Source of the DNA: Cenococcum geophilum
Taxonomy: Eukaryota
Length of the DNA stretch: 64,000 bases
Assembly (NCBI GenBank): GCA_050273025.1
Contig: CP158635.1
Coordinates: 1,860,001 to 1,924,000 of the forward strand
Direction: 5' to 3'
Below are positions 48,990-60,914 of this stretch, one piece after another; the stretch's first letter is position 1, and the number at the start of each line of letters is the position of its first letter. The notes under the pieces were generated by a model that was not told where the DNA came from, did not search any database, and saw only the letters and a program-made list of their open reading frames with translations. The position numbers and the translations under genes are program-made.

Positions 48990-49574
48990 GACCTAAGATG
49001 AACAGTTGCTAAGCTACTTAGATCTATTTCCTTCTTAGTTAAAGGAGAATCTATTCTTTTATTACTAAATTCCTATAAACCTTATTCTATAAGTTTTCAC
49101 TTCTTAAAATAGACCTTCTTATACACCTTCTTAAGACGGATTAATTAAGCGGACGCCGTAAGACGAGACTTAAGGGCCTATTACTAAGCATTGGCAGCCT
49201 TCTATTTAGCGTCCTAAGGACGGCGTAATTTAGCAAGAGTAATAGACAGTTTATTATCTAGCTGCATAGTAGTAGATTAAATATAAAACCCTAAAACAAA
49301 TTAATTAGGGAACTAGATAACTATTTAAAGTAATAGGTCGCGTATATTTAGTATTAGAAATAAAGCAAATATTATAAAATAAATAAATATTTACTTTAGT
49401 GCACTCTAAATAAGAGGACGGTTATTAAGAAGATAGGTTCGCTAATGTAATATAAACTAGCCCCTTTTTTAAACAGTAAGAATACGGAGATAGTATAATC
49501 TCACTAAGAGATAATATTATAGCGATAGTACGAGTACAACAAGCAGCTAAGGAAGAAGAAATTGCTTTAAGTAT
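48990..49574 (-). pseudogene. Antisense six-cysteine ORF of Gypsy A (homologue of 17410-17996)
   Basis: Reverse complement matches the C copy, including the intron-like segment. Ends approximate. Confidence 0.55.
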
Positions 49575-49682
49575 AATAAGTAATAATATTAACTAAATTA
49601 ATTAGATAAATATTATACCTCTAGTAAATAACTTAGAGATATTTAAAATCTTTAAGGATAAAGATAAAGAGAAGGGAGATAG

Positions 49683-50106
49683 TGTTACGGACGCTTTAAG
49701 TATAATATTATGGCTACTTAGAGAAGAGTTAAAAGAAGCTAGTTAGTTAATTTAGGCATAGTCTAAAATAGAGCCAATAGAGCTATATAATAAGGAATAG
49801 TAACTAAGGTTATATAACGTAATCTATATAATCTGTATAATCTATAGGATTTATAATAGAGTAGATAGAGTATACGTATATTACGTATAAGAAGGATTTT
49901 ATAGGAGTACGGTTATATATTTAAGGACCCTTAGTCCCTACCTAGGTAGTTCCTTCCTTATAGTAATTCTTAGAATATAATTAAAGTTAATCTATTAGGC
50001 AACTACTCCGCTAGTTATTATTACGTTATTAACTTTAATTTATATTACCTATATACCTAGCCTAATAATAAGCCTATTGTAGTTCCTGCTATAAGGTTCC
50101 GTTATA
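49683..50106 (+). repeat. Gypsy A 3' LTR
   Basis: Copy of 9956-10379. Confidence 0.95.
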
Positions 50107-50111
50107 ACTCT

Positions 50112-51366
50112 AGGCTAAAGAGTAAAGGCTTTATATTAAGTCGGAACACGAATATAATTAAGATAAAGCTATATAGGTTAAGTGGCGAAAGATAGGAGCC
50201 TTAGGTAAGATCTATAATATAGCTATTTAGCTTAAAGCTTTACTAAAACAATATTAAGCCTTTCTAAAGCTCGCCTATAAGATAATATCACGCAATAATA
50301 ATATAAGGTAGAACTCGTGGCTTATTATACTAGAGTTAGCAATAGAGCTTAAGAGCTTAATTTAAGTCTTTATTAATAAGAACTTTAGTAATCTATATAA
50401 GAACGAGCTTAGTTATAATAAGTAGGACACTATCTATAAAACAATTGCAATCTTAAAGCCTTTTAAAGACGCCATAAAGTCTATAAAAGGTAATTAAACT
50501 ATATTTAATAAGGTTCTATAGAGTATAAATTTCCTTATAGATTACATTAAAAGTAAGTAAAAAGAGTACTCCTTTAATTAGAATCTCTTAGCCTCTCTTC
50601 TTACTATATGGCTTACTTTTAATAAGTACTACAGCTTAATAGATTAAACTCCTATATATATTACTACCTTACTCCTTAACCTAATGCTTTAAAAAATAGT
50701 ATCTAGATAATTACTAGAGGCCACTAGAACTTTATAATAAAGGTATAATTAACTAAGTAATTAAATCCGTATAAAAGCTTTAGTAGAAGGAATATAAGTA
50801 TAGGCTAGTTAACGGTAATAAGAGTTAGCTAATTAATCCTAATCTTATTATAAACACTTACTTCTAATAGAAGTATCTAGATTAACTTAAGCAAACCTCT
50901 AAAAAAGATAAATTTAAACGGTTTACTACTATAAGTACACCTCTTTTTAACGTTGTCTATTCTAACTATATAGTAGGCAAAGCCTCTATAAGTAATTACT
51001 ATATCCTCCCTTAGCTAGTAGCTCAAATTAACTTAACGCGTAGAGTACTTACGCCTCTTATAAATAGCCATTAATATCCTCTCTATACTAGCCATATCAG
51101 CCAAAGCAGAACGCGTCTTCTCTAGCGCTTAGCGAATAATATTATAGAAGCGATTAAGGCTTAGAGTAACAGTGGTAGAGCAATCTAAATATTTAAAAGG
51201 CTGGCTTTAATAGATCGTTAAGTTAGGAGGCTTCGCGACAGTAAATATAGCCGTTAAAGCTATTAGCCTTAAAGAATCTATTAATAAAATAATAAGTAGC
51301 AATACGGGTAGGAATATAGTAAGTAATAAGGAAGTAAATAAGGCAGTAGGTAGATAAGAGAATTAA
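50112..51366 (+). pseudogene. hAT transposase, C-terminal part with dimerisation domain
   Basis: G(P)LGKI(H)NIA, N.T(RW)NSW, LLNLMLxK, and AI(D)ILSI(P)A(M)SA(E)AERVFSSA at ~51068-51130. Probable intron at ~50931-50983; end approximate. Confidence 0.88.
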
Positions 51367-51940
51367 GTAAGCACAACTTATAGAGCCACTCTTAAGGCAA
51401 GATTAATCTAATCCTAATTAGGAAATTAGTGTATAATCAATATAATTAATATAATCAATTAGAATTAGTTGCGGTGGTTTTATAAAAAAATCAAAATCTA
51501 TAGCTTAATTATAATTACACTGGTTATGTGCATCCTTGCTCATAAATACTACAGCATAAGAATTGCGACAGCGTTCGCAGTTGCGTCTCTATTTCTATTC
51601 AGAATCATAGAGATTATAAACTCTTTACAGCATTCTACTTCCTCCGCCTCCTTCCAACTTACAAAACCATTTGGCCAATATCATTTTGCTATCTATAACC
51701 TTAATTCAATCACTTTTTTTCTTAGTAAAATATCAGTTACTTTCTGCTTACTGTCTTACGTTACGACTTACTCAGATTTGGCTTCAAATCCACTTTGAAC
51801 AAGAATGTAGGCGCCGGAATGAAAGTTGTGGCTGCCAATCAAGCGGTAAGGCCCAAAAAAGGGTTGCAACGCCTAATGTCTTAGGCCCAGTTTAGTAAAG
51901 TGCTTTTGTGCATCTACATCCACAGTATAGATATCATCTA

Positions 51941-52042
51941 CTACCCCCACACAAGCCAAATAGTTCTTCTAGCCAATACATAGATTCTTAAAGCTATATA
52001 CTACCTCTATAATACGTATATTCGGCTTACTATAGGGGATAA
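51941..52042. mobile_element. Possible tiny TA-flanked MITE
   Basis: Imperfect ~25-bp inverted repeats (51938-51962 and 52019-52045) differing mostly by transitions, with TA on both sides. Confidence 0.35.
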
Positions 52043-52214
52043 TAGTGTTAATTTAGTTAGCACCTAATTGCGTTATATATACTACCCCTCTGCTAAATGA
52101 AATATTATGCTAATATCTAGATAGGCCTTATAGAAGTCGCCCTAAGAAGTACATTCTCAATATGCTGGGTGTCCATTACAATTTCGCGAACAAATCTTAA
52201 ATTCAGGCCTTATA

Positions 52215-52519
52215 CGGAGGTTCTAACGAAAGTTCTTGCACTTTCCTAATTAGGAAGTTTTAAAACTGACATACGCGCGAGCATAGGAGCGTATTTTACA
52301 GCCCACGAAGCGCATACTAGAGTCTACCCGGCGTATATTAAGGTACGTAAACTTTAAAGATTAATTCACCAGCCTAATACTATATATAATAAAATTAATT
52401 TACCAGATTTAAATTTATACTTAGTAAGACAATATAAAAATATAAAAAGTAGTAATGAGTATTATTATTCCTAAAAATTCCTAATTGGGAAGGTGTAAGA
52501 ACTTTTGTTAGGGACCTCG
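52215..52519. mobile_element. Tc1/mariner-type MITE (305 bp)
   Basis: ~50-bp TIRs (CGGAGGTTCTAACGAAAGTTCTTGCAC... / ...GTGTAAGAACTTTTGTTAGGGACCTCG) flanked by TA at 52213-52214 and 52520-52521. Confidence 0.75.
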
Positions 52520-52551
52520 TACGGTATTAGCGTTGCGAGACATTATTTTAA

Positions 52552-52782
52552 GGTCGCCACTAATCATACACCCCCTAAATGATAACATAGGTGATGGGGT
52601 TATGAAGGTGACCTGGTTGTGAAGGTTTGCAGGTTTCGCAACCAAATTTTGTCTGTGTTTGATTCAAATCAAGCGCATAGATAAAATTTGGTTGCGAAAC
52701 CTGCAAACCTTTATAACTAGGGTCACCTTCATAACCCTATCACCTACGTTATCATTTAGGGGGTGTATGATTAGTGGCGACC
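52552..52782. mobile_element. Foldback-type MITE (231-bp hairpin), Mutator/Merlin-like ends
   Basis: The whole element is an inverted repeat of ~114-bp arms, GG...CC termini, with an 8-bp TSD TATTTTAA (52544-52551; 52783-52790). Confidence 0.88.
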
Positions 52783-53157
52783 TATTTTAACATGCAGGAT
52801 GCGTTATTCCAAGTACCCCTTCACCGGTCTCATAACCATCTGACAGTCCAGCCTTTTGAATATGCTAATTTTCCGGGTCACTGTTAATCAATGAAAGCGT
52901 TTTCGATGTAATCACTAGATTGTTTGTGGCTTCAATCGCAAGGTTTGCGATTTTTTACGAGAAGAAGTGCTAGTTCTAAGCCGCTTCCGAGTATGTTGAG
53001 AAAGTACGCTCTGTTTTCCGATGCAGAATATCAATTGCCAGAACTAAATTTACACCGTCTCAGATAACATATTCCCAACTATCCTGTAGCTATATAACCC
53101 AATCTTCCAAATACCAAAGCCCCGCTTTCAATGGTATTGTATTTCAACCACTTCGTA

Positions 53158-53385
53158 TCACTTTCGCATCACCGTACAAGGGATGCAGCAGCAATCGCAT
53201 TCATTCGTCTCATAGCAACCTTTGCTGGGAGGACCTTTGTTGGGTATAGCTTTGGCGGATGCAGCTTTGGCGGGATCGGCTTTGGCGGGATCGGCTTTGA
53301 AGGACGCGCCTTTGACGGGCGCACCTTTGACGGATGCACCTTTGTCACTCGGGGTGGTGTTCGATGTTGTGGAACCTCCAGGCAT
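53158..53385 (-). CDS. Small 75-aa protein with K-x4 repeats and a Cys-rich, near-CaaX C-terminus (CDCCCIPCTVM-RK)
   Basis: Intact ORF in non-RIP GC-balanced DNA with AAAC-ATG start context. A canonical 50-nt intron lies upstream at 53475-53524. Confidence 0.7.
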   Translation of the reverse strand: MPGGSTTSNTTPSDKGASVKGAPVKGASFKADPAKADPAKAASAKAIPNKGPPSKGCYETNECDCCCIPCTVMRK

Positions 53386-53474
53386 GTTTACAGTGTGATC
53401 GCGGAGATATCGTGTCTGAAGAAAATACTCTCTAGCCTAGAAGGGCAAGGCACGGAGATTGTGGGGCAGAAATG

Positions 53475-53524
53475 CTATGGCAATGTGAGCAGGGATTATT
53501 ATCACCGACACTGTTGAAACTCAC
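53475..53524 (-). other. Predicted 5' UTR intron of the small gene
   Basis: GTGAGT donor (53524-53519), GCTCAC branch site (53490-53485) and TAG acceptor (53477-53475). Confidence 0.6.
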
Positions 53525-54759
53525 AGATGATAATTGTATCTTTTGAGATATTTTCTCAAAGTAGTGAATTTGTGGTAGATCTTGAATGCGATCTATGAAG
53601 GAATAAGCAATTGAGATAGAAGCAGAGATGGTGAATTTGGAGGTATTTAAGCTCTCAACATCTCTATGCCCTTGGTAACGATACTACGCCGCAGCGCATG
53701 CTGACACCAGGATTAGTTCGAGGACGCGCACGCAAACCTTATTTTGGTACCCAGAAATTGAGTATTGGTATCTAAGAGCTTTATTTTAATAGCCTTGTTA
53801 GCGCTTGGGGCGATTGCTCTAAAGTGGCTGTTACAATATCCTAGGAGCTCTAGTTGTCTGTCTGTTGCGCCAATAATTCTCGCGGTTTCTATGGGAAGTG
53901 TCCGAATCTGAGTCACGAATTGTTTCACGAACACACGAAATTGAGCGTTAATCTTCATTGGACCCGCGTTAAACGCCTCTTTTGGTTTTCGAAACCGCCT
54001 GGAATCAGTGATCTACTTAGACTGGGTTAATTCTAGAGCTCCATGGTGGAGTCGTAGTTTGATTGGACTGGATCCTGTCAATTTGATTTTTATTTTTATT
54101 TTTTTTATATCTGTTGTATTATACTACGTACAATACTGCGTATGCAGCCTCTAGGCTATAGCGCTATAGTTCTATATACATAAATCCTTTCTAGGCAGCT
54201 TAATATATATTAGTAGCTATATCCTAGTAGTTTATAAACCCCTAAATTAGGAGTTTATAGTTTCCTAGTAAAATACTAAGATACTATAACTACTAGGGAA
54301 TAAGAAAATAGTAAGAAGAACTATAAGAAATCCTAACCCCTATCCCTATCCTTTTATAATTTATTTCTATCCTTTTACTCTTTACTATCTTTTTACCTAG
54401 AGGCCTAGTAGGAGTTACCTCCTTCTAGACTTCTATTAATTTTATTCTTCTATAGAATCTTCTACACTAGTACTATATACTAGTTTAGCTGCTCTAAGAT
54501 TTTTATAGTCTTTACTATTAGCAAAGTATTTTTCTTTATAATTATCGGAACGTTAATTATGTAATGTGGTCATAGGACCATATAGCAAGGTTAGCTAACC
54601 TAACCTTAGAGCAACCCCTTACTTCTAGTAAAAACAATTAACTACCAACTTTAACACCGCATACGTACCACTATAAGTAATATTTATGCACGTTAATAAA
54701 GCGAGTATACTAACACTAATTAGTAGACGTATAGATCAGGAAATACGCAATAGCAAAGC

Positions 54760-55055
54760 TCAAAACCACACATTAGCTTAACTGCTAATACATCAGATTA
54801 CAGAGCTATCGCCCTATTTTAGTTAAAGGAGAAAGCTACGTTACCCTTAAAGCTTAAGACCACGTATTAGCTTACTAACGCGTAAAATCACCTAGAGAAT
54901 CGTATCTTTACTTAGAGAGAGCTACGTCACCCCTTAAAGCTTAAGACCACGCATTAACTTAACTGTTAACGCGTTAGATCGCCTAGAGGACCTTAAAGCT
55001 TAAGACCACGTATTAACTTAACTGCTAACGCGTAAGATCGCCTAGAGGACCATAT
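54760..55055 (+). repeat. Tandem degenerate repeats in the Copia F leader
   Basis: 3-4 units built on AAAGCTTAAGACCACG.ATTAACTTAACTGCTAACGCGT..GATCGCCTAGAG. Confidence 0.8.
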
Positions 55056-55229
55056 CTTTGCTAAGAATCATCTTCAGTCTTTAGTCTTTAAAAACTATAG
55101 ATTTGTTAAGGGGACACGCACACACCCTTATACCCTTACCTTTACACCCCCGACCTTAACCTTAACCTTAACCTTAACCTTAACCTTAACTTCTAAACGA
55201 CGACTACCCTTATACACAAAGACACGATA

Positions 55230-58200
55230 ATATAGAAATTAACTAAAAGGAAAGAATTGCTAAATACAGCTATAGAATTAACTTAGAGACGGCTACGGAT
55301 AATAATTTAGCAGAGTATATGGAGACTAAGATACACCTATATATACGGCACAACCTTATAGACTTTTCACTATAGACAGTATATTAGGAAGACTTTAAAG
55401 ACTTTACACTAAAGCTCTTTAAATAAGTATAATCTAAAACTAGAGCGGGAATCCGTAACTACCTAGTTAAGAGAGGAGTATACGTTATTAAATAAGATAA
55501 GAAGTATACCCTTAGCAAGGTGCTAACGGACGTTACCTATAAAGAAGAGTTTTATAAATAGACAGATAAGGAGCTTATCACGGCCCTTATAAAGGTAAAG
55601 CTAATAATTATAATAACTCTGCAAGACTAACTTAATTCAACCTTAGACAAGCTTACTATACCTCTAGCCCCACTACTAGGTACTCCACCAACTCCACCAG
55701 CTATTCCAGCCGCTGTACTACCAGCTACTCCAGTTGCTATACCGCCAGCTACCCCAATCGCAGCACCGCCAGCTACCCCAGTCGCTACCCCTACTACCCC
55801 TACTATCCCCCCCAGATCTACTCCAATTGCTACACCGCCAGCTACTCTAATTACTACCCCTACTAACCTTACTACCCCTCCTGGTTCTTAATCCTCTAAT
55901 TATAACTAAATCCACGCTCTTATTAACCAACTGCTATAGCTAAAAAAGCAGCAACTATAGTAGCTATAGTAACCGCAGCAGCTATATATATATATACTAC
56001 CCAAACTAACTATGCCTAGCGTAGAGCAAGGACCTAAGCAAGGATCTAGATATAGTAAGAAGGTGGCTATAATTATAAAGATCTACATAGATAACTAAAA
56101 GTACAATAAAGTTAACAATAGCTTTAACTTTAAGCTAACTATCTTTTATAATATCTATAAGAGATCTAGCTTACCACTAAAAGGCTATATAGTGGCATTC
56201 CCTAGTATACTAAAAGGGCTTGCTTAGGACCACTACTATAACAGCAACCTTAAGTTAAGACCTTTTACTAAAGCCTATAACTATATATAACAGTTCTTTA
56301 AAGGGCCAGAATACTACTATAAGAATTTTATAAAGTAGAACAGTATAACCCTTTAAGAAGTTATAGATAAGAACCCTAACAAGTTAATCTATTAAAACTT
56401 CCAACTACTTATAGATAAGCTGCTAAAGCAACGCCACGGACTATACCTAGACTTCTATATAAACCGCATTCTTATAAATAAGCTAGTTACTGCTTATTAG
56501 GGAGTACCAGCATACCGTATTACTATCTCTAACCCTTTAGAAAACCTCTCTTAGTTAATTAGCAAGCTATAATCCTCCATTATTACGTGGGAAAAAGAAC
56601 ACCCCCTATAGGCCTTAATGAGATCGTCTCATTAAGCCTTCTTTACAGATTAACGCTATTACTAAAATGACCAAAATTAAAACCGAAACACTAATCGCTA
56701 TAGTAGTAATTACCCCTATAGAACCAACAGTAGACTAAAGGCCAAGTACTATGTCTATAAGAAGGAGGACTGCCGTTCATGGAAATATATAGAGGAGGAG
56801 CGTAATTAGTCCAAAGACAACTATAAGAGACGTTTTATTAATATCAAGGGCCGCAATAAGGGCAACTTTAACAACTACTTTAAACAATACGTCACCGTCT
56901 GCAAAAGAGATAAAGAGGATAACTCAGACTTCGAAGCCTACATACACGACGCTAACAACTCTAAAAGCGATGCCGGAGAACCTAACAATAGTTCTACCTA
57001 TATCACTACCTTTAGAACACTTACTATAGAGGAAGCAACCTCTATAAGCGTAGAACTAGCCAATAAGGCTTATACATACCTGCTTACGGCTTTAGAACTC
57101 ACCACGGAGTCCACCACGGAACCTTATATAGAGACCGACCCATTTGCCTACAGTACGGCTACAGCTACAGCGTTACAATATACCTTAACGGTCTTTATAG
57201 GAATTATAATTAATACAGGTGCTTTATATAAGTCTATAGCTAGCTATGGTTAATTTCAAGCTCTATAGGCCGTAGATAAGTTTATAAGTCTTAACACGTT
57301 AACTAAGGGCTAAGTAACTATCTAATTTAGAATTGGAGCCTCTATATCTATCGGAACTATAGATATTAACAGCCCTATAGGCAAGGTATAATTCTATATC
57401 GTTAAAGTAGATACTCTCTTCCTACTTTGCTTAGCAGATATAGATAGACTCTATATTAAATACAATAACCTAAAGGACGTTATTATTACTCGCACTAAAA
57501 GGGTGCTAGTAGTTAGACGATTTAGCTACCCATTTCTCTTATAGAGCTTCTCCTTATAGTCTTATTTAGTTAAGTCTTTTAATATAAACCCTTGCTACTT
57601 AACTAACGTAGAACTACGACGTCTACACCGTTAATTTAGTCACCTATCAGTTAATAAACTGTAAAAGCTTCTTAATAAAGCTGGCTACGGCTATAACACT
57701 AATAAATCCGCTATTAAAGAGCTAACTAGACTCTGCTACTATTGCTAGAAGTATAGTAGATCTCCAGGTAGATTTCGCTTTACCCTATAAGATAATGTTA
57801 ATTTTAATTACAATATCATCGTTAACATTATGTATATTAGCGGCTCCCCCCTACTATACATAGTTGATAAAGCAACTTAATTTTAAGCTGGTAGATAGCT
57901 ACAAGATATCAGCGCTAAGTATACTTAGGACATTCTACGGATATGCTAGATTAACAGCTACTTAGGACCACTAGACCTAATCACCATAGACGCTAGGAAG
58001 AACTTTATTAGTAAGGAGTTTAAGCACTACGCTGCTACCATAGGAGTAACCACAAAGTCAGTTCCAGTCGAATCACACAATTCTATTAGAATGGTAGAGC
58101 GCTACTATAGTCCGCTATAACAAGCCTACCAAATCATTACAACTAAAATCCCTAAAATTAGTAAGGAGATGGCCCTATAAATGGCCTTTAAAGCTATTAA

Positions 58201-60375
58201 TAATACGGCTGGCCTAGAAGGCCTAGTCCCTACACTCCTAGTCTTTAGAGCCTACCCCTAAATAGTTAAATCGGACGCGCTATTACCTTTAGTTATATAG
58301 CGAGCTATGGCTATTAAGAAAGCAATAGTAGAAATCTAGAAGCTATAAGCTAAACAACAAATCGCTAATGCTCTTAATATGCGAAACGGACCATAAACTA
58401 ACGCCATTTACGGCCTCCCACCTAGTTCGCCTATCTTAGTTTAGAGAAAAGGTAATACTGGCTAAAGTGGTTATTAGGATAGGCCACACACGCTACTTGC
58501 CGTTAATAGTAAGACCTATACCATAAAGCTACCAAATAGGCCTACGACCTTCCGCTCTACGGTCGTAAAACCTCACCTACTAGACCTATAAGACCCAGTC
58601 AAACCATAAAAGCCTATTAAATCAGCTAAACTAGTACCTTTACTAGCTAAACCTCAATTGTTACCTAAAGCCGAATTATAGCTACTGCCAAAGCAAGGCA
58701 GAGGTCGCCCCTATAAATACCCATTACTTACGGCTATCGCAGACACGGCTACTATAGACGCTACAATAGATATAGGTGCTTTTATGGGTAATATTATAGA
58801 TATCGCTAATATCGCTATCTACTTATAGAACGATAATAACACCTAATTTAGCGCTTTACGACAAAAGGAGGTTATAGGCCTACTTAAGAAAGGCGTCTTT
58901 AAGATTATTAAGCTACGTAATATGCCAAAGGGGGTTAGACTCTTTAACTTATAGTTTATTAATAAGATTAAGAATAAGGGAACCGATAGAGCCTTTAAGA
59001 AATTATAACTTGTTATATAGGCCTATAATAATTTAGAGAAAGAGCTAGTCCTTATTTAGTCACCAATAATTTAACAGGTTAGCCAGCGGCTAATTCTCTA
59101 TATCGCTGCTATGCTACCGTAGACACAACTCTACCTCTAAGATATCTTATAAGCCTACGTCTAGTCTACTATAAACCTAAACCGCGAGTTCTATATATAA
59201 CCACTATATAAGCTAAATAAATAATTAGGAATTAATATAGACTCCATTTTAAAGGTTATAAAGCTACTTTACAGAGTACCTAAAGCTAGAAACCACTGGT
59301 TTAAGACCTACTATTTACACTACGTTAATTAGCTGTAAATAGACCAGTCCATATACAACCCTTACTTACTCTATAATAACAAGCCTTTTAGAATCGTTGG
59401 CCTATAGACTAATAATACCTTTATAGAGGCTAAATAAAGCAAACTATATAAGGCCAAATTTATGGCTAAGGAGCGAGAGTAATTAACTGCTAATACACTA
59501 ATTAAGTTTAATAGAGGACTTATTTAATTAACACAAGACGGGAGTATTACGCTAACGCAAAAGCGCTAGTATAAAAACCTTAGTGTGGTTAACACTACGC
59601 TAATAGATAGTACTAGCTCCAGAGGAGTTACATATGGCCTACTTACGCCAAAGGACCAGTATATCACTCAACGCGCTAAAGGAGCCTATATTACCTTAGT
59701 CTGTTAGCTAAAGGCCTTATTTAACCTATCCTTTGCTACCTAGGTAATTAACCCAGTTAAAGATAATATAAAGAGTCTTAATAAGCAATTAAGCTAGCAG
59801 ATTAAGAACGTAAATAGAGGCCTAAAGTTCATTAAGCTAGATATTAACACCTTATAACTCCTAATATTTATAAACGCTTCCTTCGCCAACAATAAGGACT
59901 TATCTTCGCAAATTAGCTATATATTTATACTAGCAGACGCCTTAAATAAGGCAAATATCATCTACTAGTCCTTAATTAAGTGCAAAAGAGTCACTAGGAG
60001 TATATTAGCCTTAGAGTTATATAGTATAGCGTATGGTTTTAACATAGGCGCTATAATTAAATCCATACTAGACAAGGTCTTACAGGTCAACTTACTACTC
60101 GTTCTCTATACTAATTTAAAGTCTTTATACAACTGTCTTATCCAACTAGAAACTACGCAAGAGAAACGCTTAATAATTGATATAATATGCCTTCGCCAAG
60201 CTTATAAACAAAGACAGATTACTAAAGTTAAGTAGATCGATAGAGATACTAACCCTACAGACGCTATAACAAAGGGTAAGCCCTATACGGCACTATTACA
60301 GCTTATTAACACAAATTAAGTTAAATTACAGGCTATAGGATAGGTTAAGCAAACGGATTCGACTTTAGTTTAGCA
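55230..60375 (+). pseudogene. Copia F gag-pol polyprotein
   Basis: Pro/Ala/Thr-rich gag linker, knuckle, then PR, IN, RT and RH in Copia order. RIP stops; ends approximate. Confidence 0.88.
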
Positions 60376-60456
60376 TTAGCGCTAGTACTAAGCAAGCCAA
60401 TAGCAATTTTCCATCCCGGGGATAGAAAATCCTAATTAGTTAGCAGAAGTTAGGTT

Positions 60457-60568
60457 CGGCAGAATTTGGCAGAATTTGGCAGAATTCGGTATTATAGCAG
60501 AATTCGGCAGAATTCGGTAACATATCAGAATTTAGCAGAATTTGGTAATATAGCAGAATTTAGCAGAA
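60457..60568 (+). repeat. Tandem 10-mer (GGCAGAATTY)-type repeats in the Copia F 3' UTR
   Basis: About 8-9 copies of GCAGAATT. Confidence 0.85.
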
Positions 60569-60914
60569 AGTCGCTATTGCGTATATACTACGAATAGCCT
60601 AAAAGTAGACTTAACTTTAAAGTATAGATTAGTCTTCTTTTTAGAGTTGCTCCAGTGTTAGAACGTTAATTATATAATATAATCACGGGACCACGTAGCA
60701 AGGTTAGCTAACCTAACCTTAGAGCAACCCCTTACTTCTAGTAAAAATAATCAACTACCAACTTTAACACCGCATACGTACCACTACAAGTGATATTCAT
60801 GCACGTTAATAAAGCGAGTATACCGACAATAATTAATGTAAAGAGGGGTGGTATACTTATAAGGCCTACCGCTTATTAAGCAGGTAGGACAGTAGTAGTC
60901 TTTAGATAGATATA

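Larger units (their letters stand above)
9956..50106 (+). mobile_element. Ty3/Gypsy chromovirus A (~7.95 kb after removing inserts)
   Basis: 424-bp LTRs, 5-bp TSD ACTCT (9951-9955; 50107-50111) and a PPT at ~49661-49682. Domain order is gag-PR-RT-RH-IN-chromodomain. Confidence 0.95.
3749..51538 (+). mobile_element. hAT-superfamily DNA transposon (~2.9 kb after removing nested inserts)
   Basis: 8-bp TSD CTCATAAA at 3741-3748 and 51539-51546. 15-bp TIRs TAGGGATGCATATAA (3749-3763) and TTATGTGCATCCTTG (51524-51538) differ only by transitions. TAATCA-like subterminal repeats and a split transposase are present. Confidence 0.93.
54543..60828 (+). mobile_element. Ty1/Copia element F (GalEa-like), 6.29 kb
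   Basis: 173-bp LTRs at 54543-54715 and 60656-60828, TSD ATAAT (54538-54542; 60829-60833), CTAATTAGT at 54716-54724. Motifs GIII(D)TGA, ESHNSI(G)MVERY, VGL(Q)T(DD)T and F(TD)ASFANNKDLSSQI. Confidence 0.95.
54086..60914 (-). mobile_element. LINE-like element, 3' part (gag knuckles followed by an A-rich tail), interrupted by Copia F and Gypsy H
   Basis: Rejoining 60914-60829 with 54537-54440 gives (H)LSKD(HH)CPTCLISGRP(C)K(H)TTPL(C)IN(C)KEK(H)FANSKD(C). A-rich tail at ~54086-54106. Confidence 0.65.

Noticed and set aside
3749..51538. Giant cargo transposon or Starship (large element with a tyrosine recombinase near one end)
   Set aside because: The YR belongs to a Ngaro retroelement with its own RT and split repeats. 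The size is fully explained by nested TEs inside a normal hAT, and there is no host-gene cargo.
51469..51895. ORFs crossing the right end of the hAT
   Set aside because: They use non-ATG starts, the first spans the TIR/flank junction, and neither has a recognisable motif.
53131..53517. 128-aa plus-strand ORF rich in F/G
   Set aside because: It is the antisense shadow of the 15-bp repeats. The splice signals and start context support the minus strand.
53713..53958. 81-aa minus-strand ORF
   Set aside because: No motif or splice support; likely a chance ORF in the promoter region of the small gene.
55154..55192. (CCTTAA)n resembling a telomeric repeat
   Set aside because: It is not CCCTAA. 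It lies in the Copia F leader and starts from CGACCT, so it is probably a RIP-altered microsatellite.
60457..60568. Regularly spaced short repeats, CRISPR-like at a glance
   Set aside because: They are 10-bp tandem units without unique spacers, in a eukaryotic retrotransposon UTR.
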